DNA of 27,281 nucleotides from an archaeon (GCA_036170245.1 JAVHOV010000040.1:1-27281); one strand, 5' to 3'; counted from the stretch's first letter, positions 1 to 10,032 are shown. Numbers and translations are program-made. The notes: generated from the letters alone by a model not told the origin.

Positions 1-45
1 CAATTCATCTGCGGGTCTTGTTAGACCACGCAGTATTCTTGGCAT
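1..45 (-). CDS. possible 5' end of a gene running off the window (MPRILRGLTRPADEL...)
   Basis: ATG at 45-43, open frame to window edge, TTTAAAA TATA-like sequence about 20-25 nt upstream; too short to identify and overlaps a hairpin. Confidence 0.3.
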   Translation of the reverse strand, partial: MPRILRGLTRPADEL

Positions 46-112
46 CAATATAAAATTAGAAACTTTTAAATGAATTAAATGAATTAAAAATAATTAAAAT
101 AAAAAAATAATT

Positions 113-1072
113 TTATTCAAAATAATTTTCAAATATTTTTTTCATCTCTTCTTTGGTTTTGCTTGCTCCAAATGAATTTCTTAAAACTGAAGCACCGATT
201 AAGCCTTTACTTAATCCCAAAAAATAGGGCCTTAAATCATTTGGGCCTAAATTAAATTCGCTAGCAAGTTCGAAAAATTTTTCCCCTTCCTTTTTTGCCT
301 CGCTAACACTTCTTTGAGGCGCATCTTTTCCAGCTAACAATGCATTTGCTTGTTTAAAGAAAAAAGCGTTTCCCATTGCAGCCCTTCCAATCATTTCAAA
401 ATCACACTTGGTTTTTTCTTTCATCATCATAACGTCGCTTGGAGTTTTTATGCCCCCATTTCCAATTATCGGAACTTTATGTTTTTTTGTTTCGCTTTTC
501 AATAATTTTATTTTTTCCCAATCTGCCATTTCGCCGTATCCTTGAGAGCCAAATCTTGCATGAAGAGTAATTGCATCAACTTTATTATCTATTGCAGAAG
601 TAGCAACGCTAAGAAAAGTTTCTTTTTCAAGCCCAAGGCGCATTTTTAGAGTAACTGGTTTTTTTGTAGAAGATTTCATTGAAGAAATAATTTGTCCAAC
701 ATTTAACGCATCATTCATTAAAGTACAGCCGTATTTTCCTTTTAGTGCTTTTGGAACTGAGCACCCTGCATTCAAGTCATACCCTGCAAAGTTATCAGGA
801 AATTTTTTTTCAACAAGTTCAACAGCTTTTTTAAAATCGATTGGGTTTGATCCAAACAATTGCAAAAACACGGGTTTTTCTCCTTCTGAAACAGCAAGCA
901 TCCCTTCAGTTCTTTTGTTTTTCATCAAAAGCGCTTTTGCAGAAATTAATTCAGTATAAACTAAAGCCGCACCGTATTCTCTAGCAAGGGTTCGAAATGC
1001 AACATTAGTATAATCAGCCATTGGAGCAAGAAATAATTCTCCACTTAGTTTTAGTTTACCGATTTTATTCAT
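113..1072 (-). CDS. dus: tRNA-dihydrouridine synthase (DusB-like)
   Basis: LAPMADYT, QLFGS, DLNAGC (catalytic Cys), TLKMRLG, LHAR, IGNGGI, MIGRAAMGN motifs. Confidence 0.93.
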   Translation of the reverse strand: MNKIGKLKLSGELFLAPMADYTNVAFRTLAREYGAALVYTELISAKALLMKNKRTEGMLAVSEGEKPVFLQLFGSNPIDFKKAVELVEKKFPDNFAGYDLNAGCSVPKALKGKYGCTLMNDALNVGQIISSMKSSTKKPVTLKMRLGLEKETFLSVATSAIDNKVDAITLHARFGSQGYGEMADWEKIKLLKSETKKHKVPIIGNGGIKTPSDVMMMKEKTKCDFEMIGRAAMGNAFFFKQANALLAGKDAPQRSVSEAKKEGEKFFELASEFNLGPNDLRPYFLGLSKGLIGASVLRNSFGASKTKEEMKKIFENYFE

Positions 1073-1125
1073 AAAAAATTATATAAAAAAAGTTATTTAA
1101 TATAGAACTATTTAATACAAATTCA

Positions 1126-3174
1126 CTATTTTAAAGTTATAACCGCATCAACAGCAAAGCAGCCGTTTTCAGTTACAAATACTGGATTGAACTCTATTTC
1201 TTTTATCTGAGGATAAGTCAAAACGAGTGTTGAAAGTTGTTTTATTGTTTTCTTTAATGCATCAACATCATAAATTTTCTTTGTTCTATACCCTTGTAAA
1301 ACTTTTGTTCCTTTTACTTCATTTAACATTTCTTCAACATCACTTTCATTTATTGGAGCAATTTTTTGGGAAACATCTTTCATTATTTCAACAAATATCC
1401 CGCCAAGCCCATAAGTAATTACTTTACCAAAATCAGTGTCAAGAGCAGAAATTAAAACTTCTTGGCCAACTAACATTTCCTGCAATGCAAAAAATGGTTT
1501 TAGATTATTTTCCTTTGATTTTTGAATCATTAGTTCCAAATGATTTTCAAGTTCAGTTCGGTCTCCTATATTTGCTTTAATTAAACCAAAATCGGTTTTG
1601 TGAGCTAAACCAGTTGCAGTTTTGAGTGCAACAGGATATTTTATTGAATCAAAATTAAGTTCTTCTTTCTTTGAAAAGAAAATTGTTTTAGGGGTTTGTA
1701 TTCCGGCTTCTTTCAAAAGCAAAAAGGATTCTTCCATATTTAATTGCTTTTTACCATCAAACATTTTTTTTATTTCTTTTGAAGGCGTAGTTTTTTGTTC
1801 AAATACTTTCTTTATTTTTTTTCTTTCAGTATAAACTTGCATTCTTGAAAGTGCCTTAATTCCTCGTTCAGGAGTTTCAAAATCAACTACTCCCTGTTCT
1901 TTTAGGTACCTTCTCGGGTTTGAAACCGAAGTTCCACCCATAAATGAAGCAATTATTGGCTTTCGTTTATTTAGAGCCGCAACAATATCTGCTACTCTTT
2001 CTGGATTAGTCATGCTCTGAGGAGTAAGAAGGGTGTAAATTATATCAATTTCGTTATCATCTTGAAGCATTTTTAGAGCAGTTCTATAGTCAATCGGCTT
2101 TGCATCCCCAATTAAGTCAAGCGGGTTTGATGCGTGTGGATTAATTTCTTTAACAGCAAGTAAAGTTTTTTCTGAGAATGCAGGAAGTTTGAATTTGTGA
2201 GCTGAAGCAGAATCTGCAGCAATTACTCCTGGGCCCCCAGCATTAGTTACTACAGCTAAGCGAAATCCTTTAATTTTTTTTATTTTTGATAATAGTTTTG
2301 CCATATCAAAAAATCCTTCAATTGAATTTACTCTCAAAATATTTGCTTTTTTGCATGCAATTGAAAAAATATCATCATCAACGCTTAATGCCCCTGTGTG
2401 ACTTGATGCTGCCTTTTGCCCTTCAATTGAACGTCCTGCCTTAATCAGCACAACGGGTTTTTTCTTTGCAAGTTTTGCTGCTTGCTTCAAGAAAATTTCA
2501 GCATTCTTTACTGATTCCATGTAAACAAAAACAGCTTTTGTTGCAGGATCAGTTTCAAGATAATTGAAGTAACTTGCTTCGCTTAAAAAAGTTTTATTTC
2601 CTGTTGAAATAAATTTTGAGAACCCAACTTTTTCCTGTCTTGCCCAGTCAAGTATTGCGGTTCCAAGAGCCCCTGACTGAGAAACAATTGCAATTCTTCC
2701 CTGTTGAGGAAAAGTTGCAGAAAAAGATCCGTTGAATCCGTTTTCAGTATTAATTACCCCTAAGGTATTTGGTCCAACCACCGTCATTTTATGTTCTTCA
2801 ATTATTTTTCTCATTTCGTCTTCAAGCTTTTTTCCTTCTTCGCCAGTCTCGCTGAATCCAGCAGTAATTATTATCGCTGATTTGATGTTTTTACTTACAC
2901 AATCCTTTAGAACACTAGGAACAAATTGAGCAGGAACACAAATTATTGCAAGATCAATTGGCTTGGCTACTTTTGTAACATTAGTAAATGCATTTATCCC
3001 TTGAACTTGTTTGTCATTAATATTAATTGGAATTATTTCTCCAGCAAAATCAGCTTCAATTAGGTTTTTTACTACAGCATAACCTACTTTACCAGGTGTA
3101 TTTGATGCACCGATTATTGCAACACTTTTTGCATTAAACAATTTATCCAACGGCAACACATTTATTTTTGGCAT
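1126..3174 (-). CDS. acd: acetate--CoA ligase (ADP-forming), fused alpha-beta single chain
   Basis: CoA-binding SVAIIGAS...KVG, GPNTLG, SQSGALG, ASSHTGAL phospho-His motif, TNAGGPGV, NPLDL, C-terminal ATP-grasp (HKTDFG, EIEFNPV, AVDA). Confidence 0.92.
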   Translation of the reverse strand: MPKINVLPLDKLFNAKSVAIIGASNTPGKVGYAVVKNLIEADFAGEIIPININDKQVQGINAFTNVTKVAKPIDLAIICVPAQFVPSVLKDCVSKNIKSAIIITAGFSETGEEGKKLEDEMRKIIEEHKMTVVGPNTLGVINTENGFNGSFSATFPQQGRIAIVSQSGALGTAILDWARQEKVGFSKFISTGNKTFLSEASYFNYLETDPATKAVFVYMESVKNAEIFLKQAAKLAKKKPVVLIKAGRSIEGQKAASSHTGALSVDDDIFSIACKKANILRVNSIEGFFDMAKLLSKIKKIKGFRLAVVTNAGGPGVIAADSASAHKFKLPAFSEKTLLAVKEINPHASNPLDLIGDAKPIDYRTALKMLQDDNEIDIIYTLLTPQSMTNPERVADIVAALNKRKPIIASFMGGTSVSNPRRYLKEQGVVDFETPERGIKALSRMQVYTERKKIKKVFEQKTTPSKEIKKMFDGKKQLNMEESFLLLKEAGIQTPKTIFFSKKEELNFDSIKYPVALKTATGLAHKTDFGLIKANIGDRTELENHLELMIQKSKENNLKPFFALQEMLVGQEVLISALDTDFGKVITYGLGGIFVEIMKDVSQKIAPINESDVEEMLNEVKGTKVLQGYRTKKIYDVDALKKTIKQLSTLVLTYPQIKEIEFNPVFVTENGCFAVDAVITLK

Positions 3175-3269
3175 GAAGAATTAACGCAATAAGAGTATAA
3201 AAAAGTTGCCACTCCACAAAAAAAATACACTAAAAAAACAAAAATGAATTGCAAGTTTTATTTTACAAC

Positions 3270-4256
3270 TTACTTTAGCAGATTTTGCACTCGTAAAAAT
3301 TTTAGTTTTGTTATTCTTGCAAGCTCTACCACTTTTTCCTTGTTTTCTTTTAGTCCTTTCCAGTCAAGAATAATTTCGTCAGCTCCGGACCTTCTTATCA
3401 TCATCCAGAGTAAATCTAAATTCAAGTTTTCCAGATTGTGTTTTGGACATATGTGGCCGAATGCATATTTTTGTCTTAATACAAGTTTTGTAAATTCAGG
3501 AGTGTAGTGTCCCCCTCCAAGTCCAATTACTATTGTGTCTTTGTTTTCCTTTTGTGTTTCGTTAATTACAACTTCTGCAACTATTTTTGCAGCAAGTTCA
3601 TTTTTCCATTCTTTTGGAGAACTTCCTATTTCAATAAACACACAATCTTTTCGGCTAAACGGCCCATGATGAGTTGCTTCCATAGTTACAACAAATCCTT
3701 GTTTTGCTAATCCTTCACTCATATTTTTTTCATTTAATGCACGTAAATAATTTGCCCCTACTCTTGGCATTGCTCCGCATAATTCTCTTCCCTTTCCACC
3801 GAATTTCGCTTCGCCAAAGTTTCCAATCATGTGAATTGTAAGAGCTTTGGTACCAGCCTCGCTTTGATGCTTTGAAAGAAATATTATATAATCTTCTTTC
3901 ACTTTTGCTAAATTAGCTTCAGTAATATCCCCATCAAGTTCATACATTTTTGCCCATTTTGGCAAACCCATTTCCTGAATCTTTTTTGCAATATTCATTC
4001 CAGCTGGATCTTTAAAAGCGTAAACTAATGCAAATTTCCCTTCTGACGAAACTTCTTGTTTTGTAGGTTCCTTAGACTTATCTGCTTGCGATTCAGTCTT
4101 CGCTTCAACTTTAACTTCTTCAGCCACTGCTTCAGTTTCACTCGGAGTCACTATTTTGTCATCGGACCCATTTTGAGTACCTATTACACTTTCAGAACTA
4201 ACAAGGTCTTGCGACCCTTTTACAACAAAATTTTCTTCTATTTTAGGTTCAACCAT
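3270..4256 (-). CDS. dtdA: archaeal D-aminoacyl-tRNA deacylase (DTD2/GEK1 family) with acidic N-terminal extension
   Basis: IFLSKHQS, LTIHMIGNFG, MEATHHGP, FIEIGSS, GLGGGHY, FGHICPK motifs. Confidence 0.9.
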   Translation of the reverse strand: MVEPKIEENFVVKGSQDLVSSESVIGTQNGSDDKIVTPSETEAVAEEVKVEAKTESQADKSKEPTKQEVSSEGKFALVYAFKDPAGMNIAKKIQEMGLPKWAKMYELDGDITEANLAKVKEDYIIFLSKHQSEAGTKALTIHMIGNFGEAKFGGKGRELCGAMPRVGANYLRALNEKNMSEGLAKQGFVVTMEATHHGPFSRKDCVFIEIGSSPKEWKNELAAKIVAEVVINETQKENKDTIVIGLGGGHYTPEFTKLVLRQKYAFGHICPKHNLENLNLDLLWMMIRRSGADEIILDWKGLKENKEKVVELARITKLKFLRVQNLLK

Positions 4257-4346
4257 AAGTACACTTTAATATGAAACATTTAAGATTGTTTTTTAAATGG
4301 TTTTTGACGTAAATCTTTCATTAACCACATATAGGGGGCAAACAAA

Positions 4347-4511
4347 ATGGTTGTAGAATATGGAGAATTTAAAGGAAACAAAATGATAATTCTTAAGAGA
4401 AACGAAACAGACACATTCCCTTTCCAATTTGGTAAAGGTAAGGCTAAATTGATTGTCGAGAACTTTGATGCAATAAAAAAATTCGTTGAAGAAAATGAAG
4501 AAGGACAGTAA
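4347..4511 (+). CDS. small hypothetical protein, 54 aa (MVVEYGEFKGNKMIILKRNETDTFPFQFGKGKAKLIVENFDAIKKFVEENEEGQ)
   Basis: Read directly, below ORF-track cutoff; AGGGGG SD upstream of ATG, TTTTTAAA TATA-like box near 4290, fills the intergenic gap, followed by a hairpin. Confidence 0.85.
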   Translation: MVVEYGEFKGNKMIILKRNETDTFPFQFGKGKAKLIVENFDAIKKFVEENEEGQ

Positions 4512-4525
4512 AATAAAAATAAACT

Positions 4526-4555
4526 TTAAGTGGCTTATATTTTTAAGTCACTTAA
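4526..4555. terminator. inverted repeat between convergent genes, likely bidirectional terminator
   Basis: TTAAGTGGCTTA-N6-TAAGTCACTTAA between the stop codons of 4347-4511(+) and 4556-5110(-). Confidence 0.55.
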
Positions 4556-5110
4556 TCAATTTTTATTTTTGTTTAAATAATATTCTTTAAATTTTTTTAA
4601 TGCTTTTCCTCTGTGACTTACTAAATTTTTTTCTTCTTTTGTCATTTCAGAATATGCTTTGTCTTGTCCGTTTGGAACAAATATTGGATCAAACCCAAAA
4701 TCGTTGTCAACTCTTAGAGGAACTATTGTTCCTTCTGTCACTCCTTCAAAAAACAGTATATTTTTGCCGTCAAAATATCCAATCATTGTTCGGGCTGTTG
4801 CTTTATTAGAATCAAATTTTTTTGTAATGTTTAGTATTCCTTCTTTTCCAACAGATTTGAAAAACCATTTTATCAGGGGCCCAGGAAATCCGTTTAGCGC
4901 GTCAAGGCAAAGAGAACTATCTTCAACCATTAATTCACCTTTGTGCTGTCTTCTTGCTTCATTTAATTTATGGGTCACAACTTCTTTCGGGTCCAGGCTT
5001 TGGACTTCGGTCAAATCAAGTTCAAGCTGTTTGAAGTCTATTTCAGGGGTAAGTGATTTTTTGAATTCTTCAACTTTGTGCTTACTTGCGCTGATAAAAT
5101 GTAGGGTCAT
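4556..5110 (-). CDS. rdgB: non-canonical purine NTP pyrophosphatase (ITPase/Ham1)
   Basis: VEDSSL, LNGFPGPLIK, FGFDPIF, EKNLVSHRGKAL motifs. Confidence 0.95.
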   Translation of the reverse strand: MTLHFISASKHKVEEFKKSLTPEIDFKQLELDLTEVQSLDPKEVVTHKLNEARRQHKGELMVEDSSLCLDALNGFPGPLIKWFFKSVGKEGILNITKKFDSNKATARTMIGYFDGKNILFFEGVTEGTIVPLRVDNDFGFDPIFVPNGQDKAYSEMTKEEKNLVSHRGKALKKFKEYYLNKNKN

Positions 5111-5123
5111 TTAATCACTAAAA

Positions 5124-5798
5124 TTATAGAAGTGCTTTGTATTTTTTAATGTACTTTTCAATTGATTTGTCACTTATTTGGCTTGGCTTGATTTTTAATT
5201 TTGAAAAAATAATTTTTTCTATCTCTAAAGAAAATTCCAAGAACTTTTTTGATTTCTCTACCCTTAATGGGTCTTTATCAAGATTATATCTTTTTACATA
5301 TTCGTTCATTCTTTGTTTAATGCTTGCAACCTTTTTTGGAGATACCCTTCCGTCAGCATAAAATAAAATCATCAGTTCTAAATCCTTAATCCATTTTTCC
5401 TTATTCATATGGATGAACTCTTTATGCTCTAAGAGGAATAGCAATCTTTTGCTTACTTTAAGTTCTCGTGCAATCTTTTCATTGGTTTTATTATCATCCT
5501 TGGCATATTTTTTCCAAAACTCTTTTTGTTTTTCTTTTAAAAACTCAATATTATCCCGGTCTTTTTTGTCAAGCAAAAGAGTTTTTTTCTTGTCGCAAAA
5601 ATCCATTTTTACAATGTTCCCCAAATCATGAATTAATGAAACTGCGACTACATCATTTGAATTTATTTTTGGATTCATTTTGTCGCAAATTAGTTCTGAT
5701 ACTCCTGCAACTCGCATCATGTGCATTCTGACGTTATTCGGAACACAGTACTCATCGTAAATAGAGTGAATATCAGCAATTATTTTTTTACTTTCCAT
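5124..5798 (-). CDS. HD-domain metal-dependent phosphohydrolase
   Basis: HMMRVA ... LIHDLGN ... YADGRV (H...HD...D pattern). Confidence 0.8.
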   Translation of the reverse strand: MESKKIIADIHSIYDEYCVPNNVRMHMMRVAGVSELICDKMNPKINSNDVVAVSLIHDLGNIVKMDFCDKKKTLLLDKKDRDNIEFLKEKQKEFWKKYAKDDNKTNEKIARELKVSKRLLFLLEHKEFIHMNKEKWIKDLELMILFYADGRVSPKKVASIKQRMNEYVKRYNLDKDPLRVEKSKKFLEFSLEIEKIIFSKLKIKPSQISDKSIEKYIKKYKALL

Positions 5799-5877
5799 AA
5801 GAACACCAAAGTAGTTAGAAAAAGAATTATAAATCTAGGGGCTTTAAAGAATTTGAAAATATGGTTGTTTAACAATG

Positions 5878-7887
5878 TTAAAACAAATTGTCAAACACTT
5901 TTTTACCATTGTTTTCTGACAAGTACTTCCATCTAGCATCAACATATTCCTGTATTTTTTTTGCAATTTCAGGAGTTACATGCTTAAATCTTCCTTGCAT
6001 CATTAAGTATTCTTCAACATTTTTTTTCTCAGTTGGAGTTTGATTTATTGTTAATACACCATCTTCGATTTCGTATAATGGGTAAACATTTGTTTCAAAT
6101 GCTTTTCTTGCTACATCCATTCCCATAGATGAATCTATTTTCCAGCCTGGAACACAAGGGACAAAAACTGTAATAAAAGTTGGCCCATTAATACTCAATG
6201 CTTTTTTCACTTTTCTGTTCAAATCCATTAAGTTCATTACGCTTGCTGTTGCAACGTATTTTACCCCGTGCGCTGCCACAATAAAAGGAAGAGGTTTTTT
6301 TGGCTGTTGTTTTCCAGGAATTACTTTTCCTGCTGGGGAAGTTGTTGTGTTTGCGTATGGGAAAGTTGCTCCGCTTCTTTGTATTCCTGTGTTGTGTACA
6401 ACTATCCCGTTTGCAACAAAATTGTGTTCCCCTTCAACTCTTAAATCAAGAGTTGGTTCAACACCTAATGTAGTTATTGAAATAATTTTTTTTGTTTCAA
6501 AATTCTCATTTCCAAATAAATAATTTCTTTGTTTATTTTGACAAGCATACTTTAGCAAAGCGCCTTTCTTTCCGCTAAAGCAAACATACCCATAAGTAGA
6601 CTCCACAAGTAGTTCTCTTTTCACAACCAACGTCCCTTTTTCTTTTGTTTGTTGATGTATTTTCCCAACTCTAACATCCATTGTTTGGAGTAAAAGTCTT
6701 AATGTTCTTAAAAGTTCATAACTTGCCGAAACATATCTATTGCTATTACCCAACTTGTATCCGTCAGATAACATTAGTCCTTCAACAAATGCTTGTTTTT
6801 CAGTTAAAGGTAAAGTAAAAACCCACCCAGGAATTATTTTATTTTTTGCACCTTTCCCAAATCCAAGTGAATCAACAAATCGCGCGATATTAATTGAATT
6901 AAGGTGCAATTCATTTTTGCTTTCAGTTAAACAATGATTCCATAAAAGATTTTCAATTAATTGTTTTGCTTCTTTTCGTCCTTTTTTTCCTTCAGGCAAA
7001 GCAAATCCTATTTCTGCTTTTTCTACTCTGGCCCAACCATCACCAACATATAATCCTAAAAGTTTCATTAAAGTAGCAGAAGATTTTTCAGGTAAATGAA
7101 CTTCATTTATTTTGTTTACTTTATAATCACCTTTTTTTGATTCTTTAATATTTGAAAATAAGTAAGATTCTCCTTCAAGCCCTTTCTTTAAAGATACAAC
7201 TTCTTCCCCTACTTTTAATTCTTCAACCATTTTCCAAACAAATTGATTTTTGCCAGATTTTCCATTTCTTTGTAGTATTAAGAAAGGATGATTTCCAGTT
7301 GCTTTTATTGTATTTGAATCAGTGTTTATCTCAAACACTCTTTTTATTCCGTTATCAAACATGCCAGTACATTTTTTTAGAACTAATTTTCTAGTAGATT
7401 GGCTAAATGCATATACTTCATCCCCTACTTTTATTTCAGTAATTTTCTTTAATCCATCTTTTGTCATTATGAGTGAGTCTAAAGCCAAGCAATTCATGTA
7501 AGCTTCATTATCAGTTGCAATGTACAAAAATTTTGTTCCGCGTTCTAGTGCTCCACTTAGTGAACCAAATCCAATATCAAAACTTGCTCCGTCTCCGCCG
7601 ATTGCAATTACATTAGTTTCTTTGTCTCCCTTAGCGTCTAGTGCCGCTCGTACTCCGCTTGCTACAGCACTAGCATTTTCAAATGCGCAGTGAACCCAAG
7701 GAACTTCCCAACTTGTTTCAGGATATGGCGTTGATACTACTTCCATACATCCAGTAGCTTGGGCTACAATTGTTTTTGGACCGGCAGCTTTCAAAATGTG
7801 CCTTAGTGCTAGTGCTTCTCCACACCCAGCACAAGCTCTGTGTCCGCTTGCAAAATATTCTTTTTCATCAATTCCTAAGATAGCCAT
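5878..7887 (-). CDS. porB: pyruvate/2-oxoacid:ferredoxin oxidoreductase beta subunit, intein-containing precursor
   Basis: [30 protein letters not shown]...DIG...DNEAYMN|TGIQRS TPP-binding motif, PCVPGW; start placed at ATG 7887 (track uses GTG 7911). Confidence 0.92.
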   Translation of the reverse strand: MAILGIDEKEYFASGHRACAGCGEALALRHILKAAGPKTIVAQATGCMEVVSTPYPETSWEVPWVHCAFENASAVASGVRAALDAKGDKETNVIAIGGDGASFDIGFGSLSGALERGTKFLYIATDNEAYMNCLALDSLIMTKDGLKKITEIKVGDEVYAFSQSTRKLVLKKCTGMFDNGIKRVFEINTDSNTIKATGNHPFLILQRNGKSGKNQFVWKMVEELKVGEEVVSLKKGLEGESYLFSNIKESKKGDYKVNKINEVHLPEKSSATLMKLLGLYVGDGWARVEKAEIGFALPEGKKGRKEAKQLIENLLWNHCLTESKNELHLNSINIARFVDSLGFGKGAKNKIIPGWVFTLPLTEKQAFVEGLMLSDGYKLGNSNRYVSASYELLRTLRLLLQTMDVRVGKIHQQTKEKGTLVVKRELLVESTYGYVCFSGKKGALLKYACQNKQRNYLFGNENFETKKIISITTLGVEPTLDLRVEGEHNFVANGIVVHNTGIQRSGATFPYANTTTSPAGKVIPGKQQPKKPLPFIVAAHGVKYVATASVMNLMDLNRKVKKALSINGPTFITVFVPCVPGWKIDSSMGMDVARKAFETNVYPLYEIEDGVLTINQTPTEKKNVEEYLMMQGRFKHVTPEIAKKIQEYVDARWKYLSENNGKKVFDNLF
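6391..7491 (-). mobile_element. intein (367 aa) with LAGLIDADG homing endonuclease inside porB
   Basis: Starts [13 protein letters not shown], block [17 protein letters not shown]-like LLGLYVGDG and [10 protein letters not shown], ends [19 protein letters not shown] followed by +1 Thr; removal restores YMN-TG. Confidence 0.95.
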
Positions 7888-7907
7888 AATCATCAATCCA
7901 AAAAATT

Positions 7908-9053
7908 TCACTTCAGCCAGTATCCTTCTTTTCCTCTTACTATTGTCGCTATTGCCTCTTTTATTTTTTCTTTGTTAATATCTCGTCCGCCAAGGCCCGC
8001 AACAAATCCTTCTACATTGACTTTCTCATTTGCAAGAGCAGATCTAATATCATTTGTCAGTGCTCCGCCAAATCCAATTGATGCATGTCTGTCAATAACG
8101 CCAAGTACTTTTAGGTCTTTGCATAAAATTTTCAAATCTTCTACTGGAAGTGGTCGAACTGATTTTAATTTAATTAAACCGATTTTTTTGCCACTAGCAT
8201 TTAATTCGTTAATTACTTCTCTTGCTGTTCCGCAGACACTTCCAACGCAAAGAATTGCATATTCAGCATCTTGGATATTTATTCCTTCAATTAAACCATT
8301 ACCATATTTTCTTCCAAATGTTTTTTTGAATTCGTTATTTACTTTTACAATTTCTTTTAGTGCTTCAGTCATAGCTATATTTTCAGCTTCTTTAAATTCC
8401 ATGTAAGTGTTGGGTTGAGCAAATCCCCCAAATGATTTTGGATTTGTTGTGTCAAGGAAGTGCTCTGGTTTGTATTCTGGTAAAAATGCATCAACACTAG
8501 ATTGGTCTTCTATTTGTATTGGTTCATATGCGTGTGTTAAATAAAATCCATCTACGCAAACCATTACTGGAAGTAATACTTTTTTAGCTTCAGCAATTTT
8601 GTAAGCCATTATTACTGTGTCAAATGCTTCCTGATTACTTTCACAGTACAATTGTATCCACCCTTGATCTCTTTCACTCATTGCGTCTGAGTGATCGTTC
8701 CAAATGTTTAATGGCCCTGCTAGAGCTCTGTTTGCTACAGCCATTACTGCCGGAAACCTTGCTCCTGCAACTATTGGCAAAATTTCGTGCATCAATGCTA
8801 ATCCTTGTGATGCTGTTGCTGTAAATGATCTTAGCCCAGTAGCATATACTCCGTATAGTGCACTTATTGCTGAGTGTTCACTTTCAACGTGAATCATTTT
8901 TGCATCCATTTCTCCGTTGAATACAAATTCACTCATTCGTTCAGGAATTAAAGTGCTTGGAGTAATTGGGTACATTGGTAGAACCTTTGGTCTGCATAGT
9001 TTTGCAGCAATTGCCATTCCATCTGCTCCTGAAATTACTTTCTTTTCACTCAT
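7908..9053 (-). CDS. porA: pyruvate/2-oxoacid:ferredoxin oxidoreductase alpha subunit
   Basis: [46 protein letters not shown]; start MSEKK at 9053 behind GTGAT SD (the longer track start lies in the hairpin element). Confidence 0.94.
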   Translation of the reverse strand: MSEKKVISGADGMAIAAKLCRPKVLPMYPITPSTLIPERMSEFVFNGEMDAKMIHVESEHSAISALYGVYATGLRSFTATASQGLALMHEILPIVAGARFPAVMAVANRALAGPLNIWNDHSDAMSERDQGWIQLYCESNQEAFDTVIMAYKIAEAKKVLLPVMVCVDGFYLTHAYEPIQIEDQSSVDAFLPEYKPEHFLDTTNPKSFGGFAQPNTYMEFKEAENIAMTEALKEIVKVNNEFKKTFGRKYGNGLIEGINIQDAEYAILCVGSVCGTAREVINELNASGKKIGLIKLKSVRPLPVEDLKILCKDLKVLGVIDRHASIGFGGALTNDIRSALANEKVNVEGFVAGLGGRDINKEKIKEAIATIVRGKEGYWLK

Positions 9054-9168
9054 AAAAATCACTATTTTTATTTCACTGCAAAACCGCTGTTTTGCAATGC
9101 TTCGCAAAAGTATTACTTTTGCTCAGTCCTCAAATTTCTGCTGAAATTTTCAGACTCATAAAAATCAC
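9048..9168. repeat. multi-hairpin element bounded by a 15-bp direct repeat of the porA RBS and start codon
   Basis: ACTCATAAAAATCAC at 9048-9062 and 9154-9168; hairpins 9077-9096, 9104-9122, 9132-9149; GCTTCGC at 9099-9105. Confidence 0.75.
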
Positions 9169-9184
9169 ATCTCATTAAACCCAA

Positions 9185-9724
9185 TCAACTACACTCTGAA
9201 GAATAATATTTTTTGCTTTGCTGATTTAAAACTTCATCCGATATAATCTGCCCTATTTGATTAAAATAAACTTTGCATTCATTTGAAATCCAGTTATCAA
9301 AAGACTCTTTATTGATGTACCATTCATTAACTCCATTTCCTAAAGTATATTTAACATAATAATCTGTTCCGCCTATAGTTAGGCAATTAGTATCATAAAG
9401 TTTGTGAGTAATTATTATGCTTTGAATAATTTTTACATTTGCATCAGATAATTTAAAGGGAGTAATATTACAGCCAACGCTAACAGCATCTATATGATTT
9501 CCATCTCCATTAGAAAGCACAATAGTATGAGTATACCCTCCACCTGCAACTTCCATCCAACTTGCTTGTGATTCATACAAAACAAATGGTGAGGTTATGT
9601 CGTCGGACTTATTCAAATCTTTTGAAACACTCTTTGATCCGGAGAAATTAATACAAATTGCTACAATCAAAAGGATTAGCAGCAATCCTATAACAATAAC
9701 TAATTTTTTTGATTCTTCAGCCAT
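9185..9724 (-). CDS. hypothetical membrane-anchored or secreted protein inserted in the por operon
   Basis: N-terminal hydrophobic helix LVIVIGLLLILLIVAICI, extracellular-looking Cys-containing remainder, AAGGT SD. Confidence 0.75.
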   Translation of the reverse strand: MAEESKKLVIVIGLLLILLIVAICINFSGSKSVSKDLNKSDDITSPFVLYESQASWMEVAGGGYTHTIVLSNGDGNHIDAVSVGCNITPFKLSDANVKIIQSIIITHKLYDTNCLTIGGTDYYVKYTLGNGVNEWYINKESFDNWISNECKVYFNQIGQIISDEVLNQQSKKYYSSECS

Positions 9725-9738
9725 AACTTATACCTTGA

Positions 9739-10032
9739 TTATTTTTCCTCTACCTTGTGGCTTATTGCTTTCACTGGACACTCTTTCTCGCAGAGCAAAC
9801 ATCCTTTGCAGTAAAGGTAATTTATCATAAACTTTCCGTCTGGTGTTTTAAATATTGCTCCATCAGGACAAACCATCCAGCACTTTCCACACTTAATACA
9901 TTTTGCCTGGTCAATCATTGGAATGTAAGTTCTCCATTCCCCAGTTTTGTATTTCTTTGTTGAGCCAGGCTCAAGTATTACTGCGCCAGTTGTTAGTGGA
10001 ATACTTTCTTTTTTCTTTTCAACTATTTTCAT
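9739..10032 (-). CDS. porD: 2-oxoacid:ferredoxin oxidoreductase delta subunit (2[4Fe-4S])
   Basis: TGEWRT..P, CIKCGKCWMVCPD, YCKGCLLCEKECP. Confidence 0.94.
   Translation of the reverse strand: MKIVEKKKESIPLTTGAVILEPGSTKKYKTGEWRTYIPMIDQAKCIKCGKCWMVCPDGAIFKTPDGKFMINYLYCKGCLLCEKECPVKAISHKVEEK

Noticed and set aside
66..112. Short tandem repeat TAAATGAAT x2 and A/T runs
   Set aside because: Low-complexity terminator-like region downstream of dus; not informative
9054..9107. N-terminal extension MRSIAKQRFCSEIKIVIF of PorA in the ORF track
   Set aside because: Derived from the hairpin element; the SD-supported start is ATG 9053
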